Shown here: positions 57,152-64,000 of the stretch, in pieces | How the letters are laid out: every line of letters starts with the position of its first letter | Position numbering within the stretch: the first letter of the stretch is position 1 | Origin: a virus | Virus record (IMG/VR): IMGVR_UViG_3300042878_001497 | Span: 64,001 to 128,000 of that record | Strand: one strand, 5' to 3' | DNA: 64,000 bases | The notes under the pieces: generated by a model | Database searches by the model: none | Told to the model about the DNA's origin: nothing | What the model saw: the letters and a program-made list of their open reading frames with translations, nothing else | Program-made: the position numbers and the translations under genes

Positions 57152-57332
57152 ATTTGCGGGGCGGCTTCGTGCGCGGCGCGGCGCGTGTGAAAACTTTTTT
57201 ATAAAACAGTTGTTTCGCATTGATTTATTTCGTATATTTGAAACGAAGGGGAGGAAAAAAAGGGGAGAGTAAAAATATTATATAGATAATATTAGTATAT
57301 TATATATAAAGATTAATAATTATTAAGTACTT

Positions 57333-57515
57333 ATGAAAAACAAAAATTTATATCAAGAAAAAATTAATCGTCTTGAATCACAAATCAAGAAGATTGAACA
57401 CAGTGTTGCAACTCTAAATAGAGATCAAGCTTATGTAGAGTTAGATAAAGCTCGAGAGATCCTTCGAGATATGCAAACTATGATTAACCGAGAAGAGGAA
57501 TACTTTAAAGCTTAA
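57333..57515 (+). CDS. Small coiled-coil protein
   Basis: ORF track; promoter at 57209-57240. Confidence 0.65.
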   Translation: MKNKNLYQEKINRLESQIKKIEHSVATLNRDQAYVELDKAREILRDMQTMINREEEYFKA

Positions 57516-57517
57516 CT

Positions 57518-58255
57518 ATGCAGCTCACACCCGAACAAGTAGAAGCTAATTGGAATCGTCATCTTCAATACGTTGAAGATTATATTACCGGAGAACGTAA
57601 GGAAAAGCTTAAAGCTACTTACGAATCTCTTGCTGAACACATGGTTCTTGCTCCTGCCTCCTCAAAAACATGGTACCACAATGCATTTCCGGGAGGATAT
57701 GTAGAGCATGTTAATAGAGTAGTAGAGCTTGCACTCCGTACTATGAAATTCTGGGCAGTATCCGGTGCAAATATTGATTTTACCGAGGAAGAACTTGTTT
57801 TTGCTGCTTTAAACCATGATCTAGGTAAGATCGGTGACGGAGAACAGGACGGTTACCTACCTCAAACCGATAATTGGAGGAGAGACAAGCTAAAAGAGGA
57901 GTATTCTATTAATACTTCCCTAGATTTTATGCTTATTCAAGATAGATCCCTTTATCTCCTTCAGAAATACGGTATTTCCATGTCTCAGAAAGAGTATTTA
58001 GGTATCAGACTCCATGATGGCATCTTCGATGATGCAAATAAGGCGTATTTCTTCAATCATAACCCAGATTCTAGGTTCAAAACCAATATAGTCTTTGTCC
58101 TACACCAGGCTGACTTCATGGCTTCTAAGATTGAGTATGATCGCTGGTTAGGAAACGGAGGTAAAAGCACTCCAAACGTAAGTAAAACAGGTACCTCTAC
58201 CGGTAAAACTGTTAAATCTTCAGAAAATTTAAGTAATTTATTAAAAAACATCTAA
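57518..58255 (+). CDS. HD-domain phosphohydrolase (YhaM-like)
   Basis: HNAFPGGYVEH, HDLGKIG, LHDG, HQAD. Confidence 0.88.
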   Translation: MQLTPEQVEANWNRHLQYVEDYITGERKEKLKATYESLAEHMVLAPASSKTWYHNAFPGGYVEHVNRVVELALRTMKFWAVSGANIDFTEEELVFAALNHDLGKIGDGEQDGYLPQTDNWRRDKLKEEYSINTSLDFMLIQDRSLYLLQKYGISMSQKEYLGIRLHDGIFDDANKAYFFNHNPDSRFKTNIVFVLHQADFMASKIEYDRWLGNGGKSTPNVSKTGTSTGKTVKSSENLSNLLKNI

Positions 58256-58257
58256 AA

Positions 58258-58527
58258 ATGTTGGTTCTATCCATTTTTCTAGCTATATTAGCATCAGTCC
58301 TCGGGTTTTCTACATGGAATCTCCTAAGAAAACTAGAGAAGTTAGAGGACACCGTTCAAGATCAACAAAGATACGTTGAGAATATCTCCAATATTATTGA
58401 GGATTCAAACAAAAGGTTACGTGAAATCGACGACAAAGGGCACTTCAGTGCAGATGATGAAGTCGGTTTCTTCTTTGAAAACCTAAAAGAAATACAGAGT
58501 GCTCTCGATGGTTACAGACTAAGATAA
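58258..58527 (+). CDS. Membrane-anchored coiled-coil protein
   Basis: N-terminal TM plus heptad repeats. Confidence 0.75.
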   Translation: MLVLSIFLAILASVLGFSTWNLLRKLEKLEDTVQDQQRYVENISNIIEDSNKRLREIDDKGHFSADDEVGFFFENLKEIQSALDGYRLR

Positions 58528-58530
58528 CCT

Positions 58531-59232
58531 ATGGGAAGAAAGAAGAGTAATACAAACTATTTTACACAAGATACCGAGAATGCAATAGTAGCTTACAACA
58601 ACTCAACCGATACAACCTTCAGACAGAAGATTTTTACGGATGAAATCTACTACCCTTTCTACAAGCTCGTAGAAAACATCATTCACACCTTTAGATTCTA
58701 CTACACCGACGTTGATGACCTCGAAGATTTAAAACACGAGGTCATTTCCCTGTTAATAGAGGAGAAGATTCATATGTTTGACCCTACTAGAGGTGCAAAA
58801 GCCTACTCGTACTTCGGTACAATTGTGAAAAGGCACTTAATCAACTACAATAATAAGAACTACAAGCGCCTCAAATCATTAGCTCCTGTCGAAGACTTTA
58901 ACGGAACCTATGATTTAGATACATCTGAAGTACGTCCGTACGCGTTTACATTACGTCAAATCTTCGATATCTATATAGAACGTACTTATAGCAAACTAGA
59001 CGCCCTTTTCCCTAAAGAATCAGATAAGAAGGTAGCTGATGCTATTTTAACGCTTTTTGAAAAACGTTACGATCTCGACATTTTTAAGAAGAAAGCGTTA
59101 TACATCTATATACGAGAGATTACCGGTACTGAAACTCCGTACCTTACTAAAGTTATCAACGTATTGAAAGAAGAGTTCTATACTTTATATAATGGATTAG
59201 AGCAGGAAGGTTTAATTGACCTAAAAAACTAA
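58531..59232 (+). CDS. Phage RNA polymerase sigma-like factor
   Basis: Region 2-like LKHEV..L.EKIHMFDPTRGAKAYSYFGTIVKRHLIN. Confidence 0.7.
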   Translation: MGRKKSNTNYFTQDTENAIVAYNNSTDTTFRQKIFTDEIYYPFYKLVENIIHTFRFYYTDVDDLEDLKHEVISLLIEEKIHMFDPTRGAKAYSYFGTIVKRHLINYNNKNYKRLKSLAPVEDFNGTYDLDTSEVRPYAFTLRQIFDIYIERTYSKLDALFPKESDKKVADAILTLFEKRYDLDIFKKKALYIYIREITGTETPYLTKVINVLKEEFYTLYNGLEQEGLIDLKN

Positions 59233-59256
59233 CCTTTCTATTTATAAAGAAAGAGT

Positions 59257-59595
59257 ATGGCACTGGATAAGGAGCTATTTAACGGCAAGACTGTTTCTAA
59301 CGTACTAGAGGAGATTTATAACAACTCTAAGAAAAAAGATAAACAGATCAATGCTCTCATCGGAGAGCTTAAGCCTCTTATTGAAAATATCGGGGACGCT
59401 ACCCTAGTAGTCCCCATGATCGCTAACTACCTAGAGATCGGAGTTAAGAACGATGAGATGCTCGTAAAAATGCTCACCATCGTCCAGAGAATGGATAATG
59501 CTAGGACATCTGGTGATACAGCAGGATTTGAACTAGGAGCAGAAGAACTAGCCCAGATCCTAGAACAAGCCAATGCATTAGGAGAGCAAAAATAA
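59257..59595 (+). CDS. Hypothetical protein (late region)
   Basis: Follows TATTTATA at 59239. Confidence 0.75.
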   Translation: MALDKELFNGKTVSNVLEEIYNNSKKKDKQINALIGELKPLIENIGDATLVVPMIANYLEIGVKNDEMLVKMLTIVQRMDNARTSGDTAGFELGAEELAQILEQANALGEQK

Positions 59596-60656
59596 TGGCA
59601 TACGAATACGGCCCGTCTAAAAAAGACAGGAAATATGGTAGTTCCTTAAAGCAGGTCTACGATATATTCCTTGCTAAGGTAATCTCCACAGATCTTTCAA
59701 CAGTAGATCCTGAGAGTACTTTTAAGATTAAGTACACTAAGGACCTAGATAACCCAGTATCGAGAGATAGTACAGCATATAGTACAGCGCTTCCATATAG
59801 TAGCGCTTATAAAAAACCACCCCTACCGGGAGAGGTAGTTTTAGTCATACGTACACAGATAAAGAGTCAAGGTAAAACTTCTACACCTCTAGAAAACTCT
59901 TACTACTTAGAACCTCTTAACTTATGGAAACATCCTCAACACGGGCAGACTCCTATAGGTAATGAAGATAATGTAACGACTGTCAAGGATTTTACAGAGA
60001 GGAGCGATATTAACCCGCTTACTCCTTACGCTGGGGATGTTCTATTTGAAGGAAGGCAAGGGCAGAGTCTTAGATTTTCACAAAGTATTCCTAATAAGAC
60101 TCCCTGGAATGGTCCTTTAGGAGAACCTATTATGGTTCTGAGTAATGGTCAAGTTACAGTTAATAATGGATTTGAATACATAAAAGAAGATGTAAATGAA
60201 GATTACGCTTCTTTATATCTAACTTCTACTCAAAAACTCCCACTAACCCCAGGTAACAAGCTTACCCAACCACTAAACGAGTACGACCAGCCTCAAGCTA
60301 TCTTAACTAGCGGCAGAGTAGTACTTAACGCTCGAGACAACAACCTGATCTTATCTACTCCCGCTGCTTTAGAAGCTTCAGGAAGAGTTGTAAACATCAA
60401 AGCAGAAGACACTATAACTAGTGAAGCTCCTCAAATCAAACTAGGAGAACAGGCAGATCAAAAAGCAATATTAGGAGATAGAATGTTAGCAGATCTATCA
60501 GCGGTTTTAATTGAACTTACTAAGGTAACTGCTGCACTCGGATCACTAGGTATAGCTCCCCTTACAGCACCTGCCGCTTCATTTACCGAGCGAGCAACAA
60601 GGTTCATATTAGAGGTAGAGCAAATGAAATCAAACAAAGTACTTATCCAGAAATGA
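59595..60656 (+). CDS. Baseplate hub/spike (gp5/VgrG-like) protein
   Basis: OB-like P..GEVV; GDVLFEGRQGQSLRF; SGRVVLNAR; AILGD; baseplate context. Confidence 0.65.
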   Translation: MAYEYGPSKKDRKYGSSLKQVYDIFLAKVISTDLSTVDPESTFKIKYTKDLDNPVSRDSTAYSTALPYSSAYKKPPLPGEVVLVIRTQIKSQGKTSTPLENSYYLEPLNLWKHPQHGQTPIGNEDNVTTVKDFTERSDINPLTPYAGDVLFEGRQGQSLRFSQSIPNKTPWNGPLGEPIMVLSNGQVTVNNGFEYIKEDVNEDYASLYLTSTQKLPLTPGNKLTQPLNEYDQPQAILTSGRVVLNARDNNLILSTPAALEASGRVVNIKAEDTITSEAPQIKLGEQADQKAILGDRMLADLSAVLIELTKVTAALGSLGIAPLTAPAASFTERATRFILEVEQMKSNKVLIQK

Positions 60657-61855
60657 GCGAGTTTGATCTACAGCCCTGCGACGGCAGGCATCTCATACAA
60701 AAGCTTAGCGATGAGCTTTTAAAAGCCTTAGCTCAAGCCAAGCAAAAATCCTGTGATGAACTAGCCCAGATCTTGACTGAATTCGGAATAGAAGATGTTA
60801 AGCCATGTGATCTTGTAAGCGAGAGATTTCTCAGACTGATTGCAAATAATCAAACCGACGAAGCAATCAACTTACTACTTTCTGGACTAAACCTACCCCC
60901 ACACACTCTTAAACTATTGATTCAAGGGTTTGATAAACTTACCCCGCAAGAGCAGGCAGATGTAGTACTATATATAGAAGCTTCTGGAGTCTCTTTACCT
61001 CCTTACACTGCTAAAATTATACAAGCTGAAGGAGGAATCAAAACTGGGTTAAATAAACTTTCAGAACAAGAGAGGAAAGAGTTCAACCAATGGTTCCAAG
61101 ATAGAGGGACAGCCTACACTCTAAGCTTTCTGACCCCCATCATACTCTCTCAGGTTACTCAAAAGATTCAATGTCCAACCGGTCAAACACTTCAAACACT
61201 AATTAACGTAGTTAGAACCATTAAGAAGTTTGTAAACAGTCTTGCAACAAAGCTACAAACTCTTACACAGGTTGTAAATCTAACTTCATCTGCTATCAAT
61301 GCAATAAGCTTAACCCTTACTGCATTAGAAGAAGCTGCTAAAGCTTCTGAAGCAAGTACTTTTGCTTCCGCCGCTACCCCAAGCGGTGCATCCGGAGTGT
61401 TCGCCCTACTTACTGCTAGAGTTTATAGACTAGCAGATCGCATCAGGCCTGATATTCAAGGTCCCAGTAACCGCTACGGAGAGAAAGGATTAGACGGGAT
61501 AGCCTGTCAAGCAGCTAAAACAGTTACATATATTACAATTCAAGTAAACACCGTTCAAGCTATTATCACAATCATTGATACGCTACTACAATCCTGCAGT
61601 AAAGATCAAATAGACACAGGTAACTTTATACCAGTACAACTTTCACAGAGCGGGGAAAATAACCTAGGTACATATCAAGGTTACAGGATTGAAGTTCGTA
61701 TTGACCCAAACTCACCACCAGTCGCTCCTAGGCGTTACGCAGTAGCTATTGACTCTATTGGAGCAGTCGTGCTAGAAGGTAACAAGTCCTTCTCTAGCTC
61801 TAACGAACTTCTTATAGAAGAGCTTAAGCTAGCCATTGATCGACTAGTTAATTAA
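60653..61855 (+). CDS. Hypothetical structural-region protein
   Basis: Coupled to the spike gene; helical. Confidence 0.7.
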   Translation: MSEFDLQPCDGRHLIQKLSDELLKALAQAKQKSCDELAQILTEFGIEDVKPCDLVSERFLRLIANNQTDEAINLLLSGLNLPPHTLKLLIQGFDKLTPQEQADVVLYIEASGVSLPPYTAKIIQAEGGIKTGLNKLSEQERKEFNQWFQDRGTAYTLSFLTPIILSQVTQKIQCPTGQTLQTLINVVRTIKKFVNSLATKLQTLTQVVNLTSSAINAISLTLTALEEAAKASEASTFASAATPSGASGVFALLTARVYRLADRIRPDIQGPSNRYGEKGLDGIACQAAKTVTYITIQVNTVQAIITIIDTLLQSCSKDQIDTGNFIPVQLSQSGENNLGTYQGYRIEVRIDPNSPPVAPRRYAVAIDSIGAVVLEGNKSFSSSNELLIEELKLAIDRLVN

Positions 61856-61869
61856 ATCTATTTATTATT

Positions 61870-62295
61870 ATGAAAGCTAGTGAATTTAAAAGTCTAATTA
61901 AAGAAGCTGTAAGAGAAGCTATCAGAGAAGAACTTTCTGAAATGAAAGCTCCCGCTCCTATGCAGACTGAAGCTACAGCACCTGCACCTAAGCCATTACA
62001 ATTCTCAGGAGGAAATCCTCTTATGGAAGCCCTTAATATGACTAGCCGTTCTATGACTTCGGAAGATTACCGCAGCATGGGAACAGCAACAGCTAATATG
62101 GCTGAAATGTTTGATAGAGGCGCATTCACGCCCAGGCAGGCCTTCAAACCAGTCTCTGAAGATCCTAGAGCAGTAGCTCAAGCTGTAGCCGCCGCCCCAA
62201 AAGTAGGGCTAGATCTATCCCAGTTGAGCTTTGTTAATAAAGCAGCAGCAATTGTAAAGCAAGCAAATAAGAAGAGAGATCCATATGGCGTATAA
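61870..62295 (+). CDS. Hypothetical protein
   Basis: Follows TATTTATT at 61859; LIKEAVREAIREEL. Confidence 0.75.
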   Translation: MKASEFKSLIKEAVREAIREELSEMKAPAPMQTEATAPAPKPLQFSGGNPLMEALNMTSRSMTSEDYRSMGTATANMAEMFDRGAFTPRQAFKPVSEDPRAVAQAVAAAPKVGLDLSQLSFVNKAAAIVKQANKKRDPYGV

Positions 62296-62695
62296 CGTAC
62301 AGAGAATTAACCCATTAGACCTTCAGCCTAGAAAAGCTGTAGGGGTTGCTTTACCTTTCCAAGGTAGAGCTGTTTTTAATTCTACGTATACTACCAAAGA
62401 CGCTACTAAAGCTAATCTTATCAATTTCTTTCTCACCGGACAGAATGAAAGAGTTTTCAATGTAGATTTTGGAGCAGGTCTTCGAAATTTTGTATTTGAA
62501 GCTATTACCCAAGATAGCGTTGAAGAGATCACAGAACGTATAGAGACCTCACTAAAACTATACTTTCCACAAGTTCAGGTTAAGACTTTAAAACTTACAC
62601 CAGAACCGGACCAAAACTTAATCTCTTTTGAATTAAAATACTCTGTTAGAGAAACCAACATTACAGATGAGATTGTAATTAACTTTGAGCAATAA
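62285..62695 (+). CDS. Baseplate wedge protein, T4 gp25-like
   Basis: NLINFFLT..NER..DFGAGLRNFVFE...YFP. Confidence 0.88.
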   Translation: MAYNVQRINPLDLQPRKAVGVALPFQGRAVFNSTYTTKDATKANLINFFLTGQNERVFNVDFGAGLRNFVFEAITQDSVEEITERIETSLKLYFPQVQVKTLKLTPEPDQNLISFELKYSVRETNITDEIVINFEQ

Positions 62696-64000
62696 TGGCA
62701 CAGGAAAGAGATATAAAATATGTAGGAAAGTCTTTTAGCGATTTTCGTCAACAGTTAGTAGACTACGCTAAAAACTACTTCCCAGACACCTACAACGACT
62801 TTTCTCCAACATCACCAGGTATGATGTTTATGGAGATGGCAGCTTACGTAGGAGATGTACTCTCATTCTACCAAGACGTACAGCTTCAAGAAACCTTCCT
62901 ACAGTACGCTAAAGAACCAGGTAATCTGTATACATTAGCTTACATGATGGGTTACCGTCCTAAAATAAGCGCAGCTGCAACGGTAGACTTAGACATCTAC
63001 CAAAGAGTACCTTCCAAGCTAGTAAGTGGACAATGGATACCAGATTACGATTACGCAGTCACTATTAGTGAAAATTCACAACTACAGTCTACTACTAATC
63101 CTCCTGTAAAGTTTCTTATAGATAATAAGATTAATTTTACCTTCTCAAGCTCTTACGATCCTACAGATGTATCAGTTTATGCAGATGACGGGGTTAAACC
63201 CACCTTATTTCTATTAAAGAAAAAAACTAAAGCTATTTCTGCCGAGGTAAAAACTACCACAATCACAGTAACAGCTCCGGAAAAATTTAGAACTGTTGTA
63301 GTAGAGGATACCGATATACTAGGTGTATTAGATATTACAGATGCAAGTAGTAATAGGTGGTACGAAGTACCTTACCTGGCACAAGACAGTATCTTTTTAG
63401 ATCAGTCAAATAATGCAGCAGATTCTAGCTTAGTACCCTATACCCTACAGCTTCAAAAAGTACCTAGAAGATTCGTATCAAGATTTAACTCAGCAGGTAA
63501 TTTAGAAATTCAATTTGGAGCAGGAACAGTAGGAGGATCCGATACTGTATTCACACCAGATCCTACTAATGTAGGTTTAGGAGATCAAATTATAGGGGTA
63601 TCTAAAATAGATAAGGCCTACGACCCTTCAAATTTTATGTTTACAGGAACATATGGTCTAGCTCCTGCTAACACAGTATTGACGATCCGCTACCTAGCCG
63701 GCGGCGGAGTTGAAGCAAACGTACCCTCCGATACCGTAACTACTATCCTATCATCCACTAGAACTGCTACTTTAGCAGGGTATGAAAACACAGTAGCATT
63801 CAATAATCCCGCTGCAGCAGTTGGAGGAAAAGATGGAGATACTTCTGACGAGTTACGTGAAAATAGTTTAAAAGCTTATGCAGAACAGCTGAGAGCTGTA
63901 ACAAAAGAAGACTACATAATTCGTACCCTATCACTACCTTCTAAGTTTGGATCTGTAGCAAAAGCGTATATAGTTCAAGATCAGCTAAGCTCTACTAAGT
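62695..64000 (+). CDS. Baseplate wedge protein, T4 gp6-like (runs off the window)
   Basis: MAQERDIKYVGKSFSDFRQQLVDYAKNYFPDTYNDFS..SPGMMFMEMAAYVGDVLSFY; later AVGGKDGD...RAVTKEDY. Confidence 0.9.
   Translation, partial: MAQERDIKYVGKSFSDFRQQLVDYAKNYFPDTYNDFSPTSPGMMFMEMAAYVGDVLSFYQDVQLQETFLQYAKEPGNLYTLAYMMGYRPKISAAATVDLDIYQRVPSKLVSGQWIPDYDYAVTISENSQLQSTTNPPVKFLIDNKINFTFSSSYDPTDVSVYADDGVKPTLFLLKKKTKAISAEVKTTTITVTAPEKFRTVVVEDTDILGVLDITDASSNRWYEVPYLAQDSIFLDQSNNAADSSLVPYTLQLQKVPRRFVSRFNSAGNLEIQFGAGTVGGSDTVFTPDPTNVGLGDQIIGVSKIDKAYDPSNFMFTGTYGLAPANTVLTIRYLAGGGVEANVPSDTVTTILSSTRTATLAGYENTVAFNNPAAAVGGKDGDTSDELRENSLKAYAEQLRAVTKEDYIIRTLSLPSKFGSVAKAYIVQDQLSSTK

Noticed and set aside
1372-62532. Short antisense and alternate-frame ORFs inside long genes (e.g. 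7428-7811, 17542-17979, 21448-21846, 21702-22217)
   Set aside because: Shadow frames of well-supported genes or of low-complexity DNA, with no promoters or motifs
1-64000. Stop-codon reassignment
   Set aside because: Long genes are intact in the standard code, all three stops are used, and no suppressor tRNA is present
1-64000. Cellular chromosome or integrated prophage
   Set aside because: Host-like genes are interleaved with baseplate, lysis and phage promoter arrays on one strand; no integrase, att site or ribosomal genes seen

Overview
This 64-kb window comes from a large, apparently lytic, contractile-tailed (myovirus-like) phage. Evidence: T4 gp25- and gp6-like baseplate genes, a gp5-like spike, family A DNA polymerase, a sigma-like protein, GroES/GroEL/Hsp20, a tRNA cluster and a GH19 endolysin with holins. 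The host is very likely a Bacteroidota: about 27 copies of a TTG-N20-TAnnTT(T)A promoter resemble the Bacteroidetes -33/-7 consensus, leaders are A-rich without Shine-Dalgarno sites, and several proteins carry T9SS C-terminal sorting signals. Almost all genes are on the + strand. Layout: QueF/PolA/chaperones (0-6.5 kb); DUF2589 pair (6.6-8.6 kb); tRNA/ncRNA cluster (9-10.8 kb); T9SS cargo and fibre-like genes (10.9-17.5 kb); a secreted cohesin-dockerin/CsgG-like/beta-barrel/C-type-lectin operon (18.2-25.1 kb); lysis genes; a ~16-kb glycosylation island (28-43.7 kb); small early genes; a repeat-rich putative origin or terminus (49.2-50.1 kb); an array of single-gene promoter cassettes (50.1-54.8 kb); then sigma and baseplate genes. 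The best candidate for an undescribed system is a phage-encoded host-surface remodelling kit: T9SS-exported cohesin/dockerin and lectin proteins, CsgG-like and barrel proteins, and possibly the glycosyltransferases. Other candidates are the AACCGT/palindrome repeat locus, a duplicated GC-rich structured element, and an aberrant tRNA-like RNA. All family calls are by eye from motifs; no database search was run.
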